A stretch of 64,000 nucleotides of DNA from a virus (IMGVR_UViG_3300023213_000432:96001-160000), one strand, 5' to 3'. Counted from the first letter of the stretch, positions 48,868 through 58,027 are shown. Notes: generated by a model from the sequence alone, not told the origin. A program made the numbers and translations.

Positions 48868-49901
48868 AATCTATTCATTATTTAGTGCTTGGCTTATTGT
48901 TGCTGATTGGGTGTCCCGGAGAAGTTGTTAATCCTGATGGCGGTAGCTTGGGCGATGCTATGGATGTAGTAGATGCGGGAATGGAAGCAGATGCATCTGG
49001 AGATAGTCAGGTGAAAGATGTGATAAGTGAAGGGGACGGAGGATTGAATTTTGATTTCTGGTCTTGTGGCAACGAGCCCATTTCATATCACGATGGCCCG
49101 GTCATGGTTGAACCAATTAAAATTTTTGTATTATGGTATGGCAATTGGATTAATAACAATAAAACGGTGCCAATTGTCGAACAATTTATCATTGACCTTA
49201 ATGGAAGTCCGTGGTTTAGCACCACTTCTACCTACTATGAAACTCTTCCTATAGATATGATTGCTCCTGCTCAGGGCGTTATGGGACGTGCCTATGCTAC
49301 CAACAATTTGATTTTAACCAAAAGTGTTTTTATTAGCAGCGCCACTCATGGAAACAATCTTTCAATGTCAGATGTGTTCGCTATTGTTACAGATGCAATT
49401 AATGACCAATCTGTTCCAAATGATCCTACAGCGGCGTATTTAGTTTTGACTAGTTCTGATATTAACCAATATGATGGATTTGAGAGCGCCTGTCAAGCAT
49501 ATTGTGGTTTTCATAACCATAAAATTTACAACGCTGTAGATGTCAAATTTGCATGGATTGGAGATCCTGCTCGTTGCTTAGATGTATGTTCAGCAAAATC
49601 CAAATATGACCTTTATGGTATTTCTCATTCGCCGAACTTTGATTGGAGTGCAGACGCTATGGTTTCTGTGATTGCGCATGAACTGACAGAAATAATTACA
49701 GACTATGCTTACGATACAGCTCCAGCATGGACAGATAGATATGGATGGGAAAATGCAGATAAAGGCGCATGGACATTTGGACAAGTCTATAAAACTGATA
49801 GCGGATCAGTTGCTAATGTTCATTTAGGTGATCGAGATTATCTACTTCAACAGAATTGGACATTGTTTGATGGCGGGCAAGGATGTGCATTGCATCCATA
49901 G
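48864..49901 (+). CDS. EXORDIUM/phosphate-induced protein 1 (Phi-1)-like lipoprotein
   Basis: Lipobox LLIGC; YHDGPVM...VLWYG.W, YLVLTSSD, YCGFH, SPN.D..AD.M.SVIAHEL.E..TD, EN.DK..W.FG, YLLQQNW. Confidence 0.78.
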   Translation: MKSIHYLVLGLLLLIGCPGEVVNPDGGSLGDAMDVVDAGMEADASGDSQVKDVISEGDGGLNFDFWSCGNEPISYHDGPVMVEPIKIFVLWYGNWINNNKTVPIVEQFIIDLNGSPWFSTTSTYYETLPIDMIAPAQGVMGRAYATNNLILTKSVFISSATHGNNLSMSDVFAIVTDAINDQSVPNDPTAAYLVLTSSDINQYDGFESACQAYCGFHNHKIYNAVDVKFAWIGDPARCLDVCSAKSKYDLYGISHSPNFDWSADAMVSVIAHELTEIITDYAYDTAPAWTDRYGWENADKGAWTFGQVYKTDSGSVANVHLGDRDYLLQQNWTLFDGGQGCALHP

Positions 49902-49975
49902 AATTATGCAAATGAACAAATGCACGTCGTATCCAAATGAAGAATTCTGATATTGGCATATCATTTTTAGCCCAA

Positions 49976-51061
49976 TTACAATTCAATACAACAAGGAACA
50001 ACATTATTTATAATATGTTTTTGATTATTATCAAATCTATCTAATCCGTTATAATGGTATATACTATGGTTATTTTTATACCTTTTAACGATATTGGAAT
50101 TAATTGCAGGTTTTCCGCAATACCAACAATCTAATTGCGAGAGCATGTAAAATTGTTCTACAGTTAAATCTCCATCATTGTATCCAACAGATATAAATAT
50201 ACGATTAGCTAACGTTATTAATGGATGCCGCTTTCTAATCGGACAATATGGACATCGTTGGCCGCAAGATCTAGTTGCGCCTTCTTTGAGATGCCCTAAA
50301 CCCTTAATGCAGGGGCTGCCACAATCACATATGCAATTTACCCATGTTTTCTTGTTTTTCCTAAAAGTAGAAAGCACTGTCAAACTGCCATATTTATTTG
50401 AAACATCGTTAATATTAGGTGATATCTTTGTTGGAATGGTAATACCTTGATTTTCAGCGTATTGTAATAATTGGGCAGTTTTAGGACATGCATTAGATTT
50501 CTTTTTACAAAAATTATTTACTTGAATAATCCATTGAATAAATTCTTCCTGACTTTTTTCAGCTTTTGCTCGATTGCAATTAATGCAGGCAGATACAACG
50601 TTATCTAAATTATGTGGCTTGAAACTATTTATCCTATCTAAACCATTGTATATAAACATTCCATTTTCGATGGAGAATTGAGATGATGTCTCAGCGCTTG
50701 GGGTTGAAAATGAATTCCATTTATTGGAAGGTGATTTACCACAGTAAAAACAATTTTGTTGAGATAGTAGATAAAACATCTCAAAAGTTAAATTTCCGTC
50801 TTGATAATTTGTTCTGAAAATTGTTTTAGCGGATGTAATAATAGGATCTTGTTTTCTACTGGTGCTGAATTGGCACCCGCGCCCGCAAGAACCAATTCTT
50901 GCAAGTTTCCAATCCCCGAGGCGCACAATTTTATCAATACCGCATGCACACCGAATCTTAATTGCACTTATTTTATGTCCTCTGTTGTCATAAAGAATAT
51001 GTTCTGTCTCTACGATTTCGCAGCTTTTGTATTTTTCTCCAACAGAACCCAATAATTCCAT
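49976..51061 (-). CDS. HNH homing endonuclease with duplicated domains (paralogue of 7954..9327)
   Basis: CFYCG...NGLDRINS...H..DNVVSACINCNRAK; second copy ends PCCIEL, possibly truncated; start moved to ATG 51061. Confidence 0.78.
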   Translation of the reverse strand: MELLGSVGEKYKSCEIVETEHILYDNRGHKISAIKIRCACGIDKIVRLGDWKLARIGSCGRGCQFSTSRKQDPIITSAKTIFRTNYQDGNLTFEMFYLLSQQNCFYCGKSPSNKWNSFSTPSAETSSQFSIENGMFIYNGLDRINSFKPHNLDNVVSACINCNRAKAEKSQEEFIQWIIQVNNFCKKKSNACPKTAQLLQYAENQGITIPTKISPNINDVSNKYGSLTVLSTFRKNKKTWVNCICDCGSPCIKGLGHLKEGATRSCGQRCPYCPIRKRHPLITLANRIFISVGYNDGDLTVEQFYMLSQLDCWYCGKPAINSNIVKRYKNNHSIYHYNGLDRFDNNQKHIINNVVPCCIEL

Positions 51062-51339
51062 ATTCAATGATATATCACATATTAAAGGCATAAAACAACA
51101 TATTATCAACAACAAGGGAGTTTAGTTCATTTAGAAGAACGCGACAATAGCATTGTCGATGTGCTGGGAGCGTAGCCCAGAACTTCCACTAACTCGCGCT
51201 TATCTCACTTGTTGAGGTAAGTAGATCGAGTAAAAATTATGGCAATTGATTGCTCGGTACGCCGAGACCGCCACTAGTAGAACACAGACTGGTGGCACTG
51301 CCGAACACTTGATATAGTTGTACTATAGAGAGGAAACTA

Positions 51340-51618
51340 ATGCAACAACTTAGAATTATCATGGAAGCCAACGAGAACGGACTATTGACTGCTGCAAATA
51401 CTAACGTCTATTTGGATGATGAGCGGATTGGACTTATTCAAGACATCAAAATTCATGCAGATGTTTTCAAATCATCTCCTCAAGTAGAAATTACCTTTCC
51501 TATAATTTTACCGGATAATCACCCCTTAAACGATCAGGTAGCTTATTATACTGGAGCACTTTCTGTTTTTCCCAATGTTTTGGTAATGGTTAAAGCGAAT
51601 GAAGATATTCGCCCATAG
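51340..51618 (+). CDS. hypothetical protein
   Basis: GAGGA RBS. Confidence 0.65.
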   Translation: MQQLRIIMEANENGLLTAANTNVYLDDERIGLIQDIKIHADVFKSSPQVEITFPIILPDNHPLNDQVAYYTGALSVFPNVLVMVKANEDIRP

Positions 51619-51769
51619 GAATGTATGAATTAGTGAATCGACATTTCCATGCAGATTATTGCCGAGTAGGGAAGCATCCACAGAAATGCAATCATGCACT
51701 AGAATTATATTGCTCAGTATGCTGAGGCGTGCCTCCTGAGTAAATATAGCAACACGGAAGACAATAAAG

Positions 51770-52105
51770 ATGTTTAAATCCTATAGCTGGAAATATCTGG
51801 ATTATGACTCAAAAACAGATCAATGGCGATACGAAATCACTATCATGGATGTTGATTTTACTGAACCCGTTGCCGCCTCGGCCATCACAGCTGACTGGAC
51901 CATCAACGACATCGCCGACGCCCTGATCGATATTTACTCTCGAAGAAATCTCAATGTGGCTGGCAATTTAGTATTGTTTATGCAATATGTAGAAAATAAA
52001 TGGCCATGGCGAGATATTAAACGGCAAATTAAATGGTATCAGAAATACGTTCCCGGATATCAAAAATATCATGATCAAGTAATGGACTATCTAATATTTA
52101 TGTGA
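51770..52105 (+). CDS. paralogue family A member 4
   Basis: IDIYSRRNLNVAGNL...YHDQVMDYLIFM. Confidence 0.75.
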   Translation: MFKSYSWKYLDYDSKTDQWRYEITIMDVDFTEPVAASAITADWTINDIADALIDIYSRRNLNVAGNLVLFMQYVENKWPWRDIKRQIKWYQKYVPGYQKYHDQVMDYLIFM

Positions 52106-52117
52106 TAAAGAAGAAAA

Positions 52118-52465
52118 ATGTTTAGATTTTATGATTGGAAATGTTTTGAATCTATTTATGAAACAGAAAAATCGCAATATGAAATTACTATCGTGGATGA
52201 TGATTTTATTGAAATCGAAATGATCAGCGTGGGCTTAAGAGGCAATGGTTCTCTCACCGATATCATCGCCACTTTTCACGCTATAATCAATACTTATTCT
52301 CGAAGAAATCTCAATGTAGCTGGAAACCTAGTTTTGTTGATGCAGTTTATAGAACATAAATGGCCATCTATGGATATTAAATGGCAAATTGAGATTTGCC
52401 AGCAATTCATTTCAGAGTATCGGGAATACCATGATCAAGTAATGGATTATTTAATATTTTGGTGA
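52118..52465 (+). CDS. paralogue family A member 5
   Basis: INTYSRRNLNVAGNL...YHDQVMDYLIFW. Confidence 0.75.
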   Translation: MFRFYDWKCFESIYETEKSQYEITIVDDDFIEIEMISVGLRGNGSLTDIIATFHAIINTYSRRNLNVAGNLVLLMQFIEHKWPSMDIKWQIEICQQFISEYREYHDQVMDYLIFW

Positions 52466-52479
52466 TAAAGAAGAAAAAG

Positions 52480-52520
52480 ATGTTTAAATCCTATAGCTGG
52501 AAATATCTGAGTTATACTTA
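52480..52520 (+). pseudogene. 5' stub of a sixth family A copy
   Basis: ATGTTTAAATCCTATAGCTGGAAATATCTG is identical to the start of 51770, then stops. Confidence 0.6.
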
Positions 52521-52543
52521 AAAAACGTTCAGCCTCTATACAA

Positions 52544-53143
52544 ATGATGGAAAGAAAGACTCTTAATCTTGGCGGGATCGTTGATTATGATCCTAATTTT
52601 TTGTCTCAAGAAGTAGCTGATGGACTGTTTGTTGCCTTACTTAAAGCTGTAAATTGGGAGCAGCATTACTATACAAACTACAAAACGGGCGCCAAACTTC
52701 CAGTTCCGCGCCACACAGCTTGGTATGCTGATAGTCCCAAAATGGCATATTCTTATTCCGGGATCACTGAAAAAGTTCAGCCATGGCTTCCATCTCTTCT
52801 CGATCTTAGATCCCAGATAGAAAACATTACAGGAGCTACCTACAATAGTGTTCTTCTTAACTTATATCGTAATGGTCGAGACAGTGTTGGGATGCACGCT
52901 GACAATGAAAAGGAATTGGGTATTGATGCTAATATTGCTTCGGTATCATTGGGCGTTACTCGTCTTTTCCAAATGCGCCAAATAGATGGTGCTGATTATG
53001 AACAATATCTTCTAACCCATGGCTCTTTATTAATCATGAGCGGCACCACTCAACATCATTTTAAACATAGTGTTCCCAAAGATCCAAACGTTACCGAACC
53101 ACGGATTAATCTAACATTTAGAAAGTTCTTAAATGACTCCTAA
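52544..53143 (+). CDS. alkB: AlkB-family 2OG-Fe(II) dioxygenase (ALKBH2/3-like)
   Basis: YNSVLLNLYRNGRDSVGMHADNE, IASVSLG, HSVPK, RINLTFR. Confidence 0.9.
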   Translation: MMERKTLNLGGIVDYDPNFLSQEVADGLFVALLKAVNWEQHYYTNYKTGAKLPVPRHTAWYADSPKMAYSYSGITEKVQPWLPSLLDLRSQIENITGATYNSVLLNLYRNGRDSVGMHADNEKELGIDANIASVSLGVTRLFQMRQIDGADYEQYLLTHGSLLIMSGTTQHHFKHSVPKDPNVTEPRINLTFRKFLNDS

Positions 53144-53576
53144 TCAACTCTATCAACGCACACCCATTCATACCGAAACCTTTCTCAGTATCCTCAAAGC
53201 TAATTGGCACCACTACAATCATATTCCTGAAATTCATGGCGATCTTCCTCCGGCTGATCCCAACAAAAAAATAGAGGTTCGCTACTACAAAGACTTTCAT
53301 TTCGATATGCGTCGCTATTGGGCATTAGCCTCGGTTTGGTTCGAGGGTAAGCCAGTAATGGTTATTCAAAATGCAGGACGAGAAGGCGATGATCATTCCA
53401 AACGTTTTATTACCGACAAGGGTCAATATCAGCTGATGATTGAATATTTAGCTACCCTTCAAAAATCGGACGAATTTATTTCTGAACCAGATTTAGTTTC
53501 TCCTAATGAAGAAGTTAAAAATCTAACCAGTTTTTATGGCAATGAGTTGGATGGAATATTTGATTATCATCGCTAA
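53133..53576 (+). CDS. hypothetical protein
   Basis: Overlapping packed ORF. Confidence 0.65.
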   Translation: MTPNQLYQRTPIHTETFLSILKANWHHYNHIPEIHGDLPPADPNKKIEVRYYKDFHFDMRRYWALASVWFEGKPVMVIQNAGREGDDHSKRFITDKGQYQLMIEYLATLQKSDEFISEPDLVSPNEEVKNLTSFYGNELDGIFDYHR

Positions 53577-53637
53577 ATTGAGTTATGTCATTTTGGCACC
53601 CAAGACTTTCAACAAATTATAATTGAAGGAAAAATAG

Positions 53638-54087
53638 ATGGCTTCCGCAAAACACGCTAATAAATTGCTCAACACATATTTGGAGAACCAAGATTATGAG
53701 GAATCTTGGGCTCTAATCCGATCCGTCATTCAAAATGATAACGACATCAATGCCAAATATGATCTATTGTGTCTCTTGATGAATGGCAACACTATGGAAC
53801 TTATCATAGACAATTTGCAAAGGCAGCTATGTCATATTTATCTTTCCGATAAGAACATCGAAGCCTATCTTGACAAGGCAGTTCAATTTAATCCTTTGTT
53901 GGGATATGTGAGCATTGAAGCTAGATCCCGGCGCGACATGAAAAATGAAAGCTCTTTGTGTATTGGTATTCCCGTTACTCGAAAGAGTGATATTGATAAG
54001 CAATGTGAGGAGGCGGAGCGGATTATGACTACTGTGAAGGAAGTCTTAACTATGATGTTGGTAGAAAGTAGAACAATTCCTGTATGA
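53638..54087 (+). CDS. hypothetical protein
   Basis: AAGGA RBS. Confidence 0.6.
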   Translation: MASAKHANKLLNTYLENQDYEESWALIRSVIQNDNDINAKYDLLCLLMNGNTMELIIDNLQRQLCHIYLSDKNIEAYLDKAVQFNPLLGYVSIEARSRRDMKNESSLCIGIPVTRKSDIDKQCEEAERIMTTVKEVLTMMLVESRTIPV

Positions 54088-54245
54088 TTATTAAACGAAA
54101 TTTATTGCTCCGTGCCAAACCAGAAAATCTTAAAAGATTGGCAAAATGGCTTGGAATTGAGGATAAGGAACTAACCCATCAACAATTGGTTCATTTTGTT
54201 GATAAGAAGATTAATAAAGGACAGTATTTCTTTGACATATGTTGA

Positions 54246-55310
54246 TTAGTCTAATCCGAGGGCTTTCATTTTTTTTCTTAATGTACCAATCGTCGTCCCT
54301 AGCAATTTGGCCATTTCTTTACAGTTAGATGTTTTCGACATTTCTTTTAACACTTCTTTGTTTGGCAAAAATACTCTTTGTTTTTTTGAAACCTGTTCAT
54401 ATAATCCATTTAATTTTAATCTCTTGGTAATGGCGTCTGCACTTATTCCAGTAATTTGAGAAACTCGCCTAATATTGCTTTTATTAATCATATTTACTAA
54501 ATCAACATTGGACGGCCAAGTAATGATGGTTCCTTTACGTGGTTTGAAATATTCGCCTCTACCACTTTGGTATTTTGGGTTCGTATTGACATATGCTATA
54601 ATGTCATCAGATATTTTCTTTTTGCGTGGCAAAAAAAGAGTCGCTTCTGGGTAATAGCACCATTTCAAAAATTTTTGACATTCTGTTCCAGAAATCGTCA
54701 CAGTATATTGATCATGTTTCGGAATAATCATTCCACCGCCATTTTTAAGGGTTGTTATTTTCATTTTCTTGACAGATTTTGTGTAAAAATTACTTCTAAA
54801 CCCCAGTCTTTGTAAGCAAAGCGCTATGCTTACGATGAAATTTTTGCTGGCACCAACAATATAACAGGAGGGGTATTTGTTTCTATTACGCTTATATAAT
54901 CCTAACGATCCATCTCCGTCAATGCACCCTCGAATAAAATCTGGTAAATATTGTTCTGGGACATTTGGAAATTCAATAGTAAGAGTTTTGTTAATGATGC
55001 ACCCTTTTGATATTAACCATTCTGATATGCGTTTATCACATAATCGTAATCTGAAATATTCAGGTCGATTTTTAGATGTTGATTGCACAGATAATTGTGG
55101 GCTTATCACGTCTCTAATTTTTTCTAACCAATCTTTATCGCACGAATTAATTTGGTTTGCTATACTGACACCATTTTTAAAAACACAACCATCTGTAAAA
55201 TAAACACCAAGCAAGTAATATGAAATAGCGTCTTCATTAAAGAATGCCGAATAGTTATGAGAATACTTTTGTCGATAAGATTTTTTGATATGTTCCATAT
55301 AAAGATGCAT
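54246..55310 (-). CDS. LAGLIDADG homing endonuclease
   Basis: YLLGVYFTDGCV and FIRGCIDGDGSL helices; C-terminal HTH-like region. Confidence 0.88.
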   Translation of the reverse strand: MHLYMEHIKKSYRQKYSHNYSAFFNEDAISYYLLGVYFTDGCVFKNGVSIANQINSCDKDWLEKIRDVISPQLSVQSTSKNRPEYFRLRLCDKRISEWLISKGCIINKTLTIEFPNVPEQYLPDFIRGCIDGDGSLGLYKRNRNKYPSCYIVGASKNFIVSIALCLQRLGFRSNFYTKSVKKMKITTLKNGGGMIIPKHDQYTVTISGTECQKFLKWCYYPEATLFLPRKKKISDDIIAYVNTNPKYQSGRGEYFKPRKGTIITWPSNVDLVNMINKSNIRRVSQITGISADAITKRLKLNGLYEQVSKKQRVFLPNKEVLKEMSKTSNCKEMAKLLGTTIGTLRKKMKALGLD

Positions 55311-55321
55311 ATCTATGCATA

Positions 55322-55885
55322 ATGTGGATGGAAAAATACGCGATTTTGTTTAAAAAAATTGCTCAATTTGAGGCATTAGCCAAAAATTATGCTGACAATT
55401 TTCGTGTCTGGGGCCCTTATTCTAAATCTAATGGAAGACAAATAGTTGTTGTTATTGATCAGAACGGAAATCGTCGGACTGTCAGTTATCCAAAATGGCT
55501 CTTAGAATGTCATCTTGGCAAACCTTTAGGGGACTTAACAGTAGATCATTTGGATTTTGACTTTACTAACAATGATATTAATAATTTACGCGTAATAGAT
55601 CGGGCAACTCACTCCGCCGATGACAGTCGAAGGGTTCGGCTCATTAAATTAAAATGTGCTTGGTGCAAAAAAGAATTCGAGCGTTCTCCTCGCCTTTTAC
55701 GAGACAAATCCAAAAAAGGCAAACGTGGTGGATTTTGTTCTCGCTCCTGTGCGGCTAAATATAGTCGTGCCCTTCAACTCGGCAAAATTGACAAACTTCC
55801 CGTCCAGCCCTACGTGGAAAGCGAATATTATCGAAGAAAAAATGTTCAAGCTTTCCTCGATTATTTGATCGCCAAATACGCTTAA
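55322..55885 (+). CDS. HNH endonuclease with C-terminal zinc ribbon
   Basis: TVDHLDFDFTNNDINNL; CAWCKKEF...FCSRSC. Confidence 0.7.
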   Translation: MWMEKYAILFKKIAQFEALAKNYADNFRVWGPYSKSNGRQIVVVIDQNGNRRTVSYPKWLLECHLGKPLGDLTVDHLDFDFTNNDINNLRVIDRATHSADDSRRVRLIKLKCAWCKKEFERSPRLLRDKSKKGKRGGFCSRSCAAKYSRALQLGKIDKLPVQPYVESEYYRRKNVQAFLDYLIAKYA

Positions 55886-55980
55886 TTTTCTTTTGTCCCT
55901 TGACATCTTTATTCAAAGACTTATACTTCAAACTTAATTCGAGGCAATTACGTCTCACAATCCAAACGGAGTTCAATTAA

Positions 55981-56304
55981 ATGACAACTATTAATACGTC
56001 AAACGACAATAATACCAATGATAACAACGACATTCAGAACATGATCCAAACGGCTCAAAAAGTCTGGGATGCCACCAACGAAATCGTCAGCAACATGGAT
56101 GACAAGGATCATATTTCCCTTCAAGTTCTAGCTAGCAAAGTTAGCAAAGCAGTTTCTATGGAGCCCAAGACGGTTTTTGGTTTTGTGGATCATTTCGTCC
56201 GCAATTCTACCACGGCTTTTATTTCCCCCGGTAAGTCCGGCGGTGTTCGTAAAGGTGCAAGACCAGTTAAGGTGGTTAAGCCCGCTAAGAAATCCACGAA
56301 GTAA
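55981..56304 (+). CDS. hypothetical basic (possibly DNA-binding) protein
   Basis: Follows TTGACA-N16-TATACT at about 55900; GKSGGVRKG tail. Confidence 0.6.
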   Translation: MTTINTSNDNNTNDNNDIQNMIQTAQKVWDATNEIVSNMDDKDHISLQVLASKVSKAVSMEPKTVFGFVDHFVRNSTTAFISPGKSGGVRKGARPVKVVKPAKKSTK

Positions 56305-56328
56305 ATCTTAACTCTTCGATATAGAGTT

Positions 56329-56486
56329 TGAAGCAGTTTAACAAGCCCCTTACGGGGAAGGTTTTCTGAGGATTTTTCCTTTCTCTCACGAGAGAATAAA
56401 GTCCTTGTTTTTCTATGAACAATTCCTCAAAAGGAGAATTCAATTCTTCCCACGGCTAAAGTCGTGGTCTCTTCGAACCATTTTTC
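56329..56486 (+). mobile_element. 3' remnant of a non-autonomous IsrB-type element
   Basis: Aligns to about 3595..3787, including the GAGGATTTTTCCTTTCTCTCACGAGAGAATAAAGTCC insert; followed by ATGAG. Confidence 0.8.
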
Positions 56487-56813
56487 ATGAGTAATCGAGA
56501 AATTCTGTCCAAACTTCTTAAGAATTGGGCGCAGGATCATGATGTTAATTATAAAATTGCTGATCCTGATCCCACAGAAGAGGGCTTAAAAAAGACTGGC
56601 GGTTATCTAACTTGGGTTATTCGAAATGGACATATCAATCTGGATTTAGTGTCTCTTTTGGATAGGTTAGAAATTTTTCTAATTAATCGAGAAAAACACG
56701 CTTCTACAGCCGGATTGTTTTGCCAGAAATGTGGAACTTATTGTCCTTTGTCTGCGCCTAATCAGGAAGATGGTGGTTTTGTCTGTTATTCTTGCCGACA
56801 TCGACCTTACTAA
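56487..56813 (+). CDS. hypothetical zinc-finger protein
   Basis: FCQKCG...FVCYSCR; ATG is the target motif. Confidence 0.65.
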   Translation: MSNREILSKLLKNWAQDHDVNYKIADPDPTEEGLKKTGGYLTWVIRNGHINLDLVSLLDRLEIFLINREKHASTAGLFCQKCGTYCPLSAPNQEDGGFVCYSCRHRPY

Positions 56814-56841
56814 TTTTACCTCTTTTGCACTTGTCAAACAC

Positions 56842-57255
56842 ATGAAAATTCTCAAACAGCGCTATAGAACTGACTGTGTTCCTACCTGTATTGCCATGAT
56901 TACCGATGTTTCTCATCGGAAAGCCATGGAGGCTACTCACCCATTTCATTTCAAAGGTATGGATTGGCGCACTGATGATCATGAAGCTGTCCATGCTTTG
57001 AAGAGGTTAGGCTGGAGAGCCAAAACCAGTTTGATCACTTTGCTCACCAAAATTAAACGCCCTGCTTTGATTATGGTGGAAGGCAAAGTTAGTTTTCGAA
57101 TAAGTGGAACGCTTTTTGATAGTGAAGACCATTGTTTTGCTTGGAATCCGAAGACTCGAGAACTAATTGATCCGTCCTTTGGAATAGGGATAGATCGAAG
57201 ATCCTTTCGGGCGTTCAAAGGGCAAGTAGCTATTGAGATTAGTCCTCGCCATTAA
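56842..57255 (+). CDS. C39-like cysteine peptidase-fold protein
   Basis: Q...DCVPTCIAM...H(CFAW) pattern. Confidence 0.45.
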   Translation: MKILKQRYRTDCVPTCIAMITDVSHRKAMEATHPFHFKGMDWRTDDHEAVHALKRLGWRAKTSLITLLTKIKRPALIMVEGKVSFRISGTLFDSEDHCFAWNPKTRELIDPSFGIGIDRRSFRAFKGQVAIEISPRH

Positions 57256-57282
57256 AAAATTTTTTGTTTTCTGGTCGAAAGT

Positions 57283-57846
57283 TTGGCTAAACTATTACTC
57301 AAATTCCATCAAGATATAGTGGTTGAAAAATTAGAAGTCGAGAAGAGATATTTAGTAGAGTTGCCATCTTCTTGGAGAGACTTAGCATCTATGTTTGATG
57401 GCTTGGTGGATGTAAAAAGGATTAAGCAGATTTATCTTCGTCCTGATAGTAGCGGAATATCTTCAAGAATAAGAAAAACAGTCCAAGGTTTGTTGGGCAA
57501 GATTCAAATCGTATATCATGCCAATCAAAAAGAATTCGTGGAAGCTGGAGTGCATAAAGAAACGGAACACCAAATTTCCAAAGAAGAATATGAAAAAGCA
57601 CTAGAAAAAAGGCATCCCGATAAAGTAGTGATTGAAAAGACACGTTTTGTCTTTAATTATCATGATCAGTGTTTTGAACTAGATTTATTCAAAGGAGCAT
57701 TGGGCGGATTGGCGATTTTGGAGCTGGAGTTATCCGATCAAAATCAGAAAGTAGAATTGCCGCCTTTCTTGAAGGTAATTGAAGAAATAACAGAGGATCG
57801 CAGATTTAGTAACTTTCAATTAGCCACTAAGGAGCTGCACAAATGA
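57283..57846 (+). CDS. CYTH-domain (adenylate cyclase/triphosphatase-like) protein
   Basis: EVEKRYLV, IKQIYL, RIRK, IEKTR, FELDLF, LELE. Confidence 0.85.
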   Translation: MAKLLLKFHQDIVVEKLEVEKRYLVELPSSWRDLASMFDGLVDVKRIKQIYLRPDSSGISSRIRKTVQGLLGKIQIVYHANQKEFVEAGVHKETEHQISKEEYEKALEKRHPDKVVIEKTRFVFNYHDQCFELDLFKGALGGLAILELELSDQNQKVELPPFLKVIEEITEDRRFSNFQLATKELHK

Positions 57847-57911
57847 ATTGTCGTCCAAAAGAAGTCAAGCGCCCGGTCAAGGGTTGCCAATAATCCAATA
57901 TAAAGACTATT

Positions 57912-57939
57912 GTCAATTACCAATGACTAAAGTCCTTGG
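57912..57939. mobile_element. solo right end of the TnpB-type family
   Basis: GTCAATTACCAATGACTAAAGTCCTTGG, identical to the ends at 24029 and 31328. Confidence 0.8.
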
Positions 57940-58027
57940 AAACTGAACCGGTCAAGGATCGGCTCCCGCTGGAAACGGGCTGGTACCCGTCATAGGGTAT
58001 GGGATGCAAGCTCTCCGGTTTCCGCCA
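57938..58027 (+). tRNA. tRNA-Sec-like 8/4 cloverleaf with GGA (Ser) anticodon (allo-tRNA-like)
   Basis: 8-bp acceptor GGAAACTG/CGGTTTCC plus GCCA; 6-bp D stem CCGGTC/GATCGG; loop CT-GGA-AA; long V arm GTACCC/GGGTAT; 4-bp T stem GGGA/TCTC with TGCAAGC loop. Confidence 0.78.

Noticed and set aside
49902-51330. Group I intron hosting the HNH gene
   Set aside because: No interrupted host gene on either strand and no intron core; the HNH looks free-standing.
51708-51726. Fifth copy of the hairpin repeat as a true member
   Set aside because: Loop is TATG and it may simply encode the end of a 34-aa Cys-rich ORF (YCSVC*); kept only as weak.
57938-58027. tRNA-Sec (selC)
   Set aside because: Anticodon is GGA, not TCA, and the T stem is 4 bp (8/4) rather than 5 bp (8/5).
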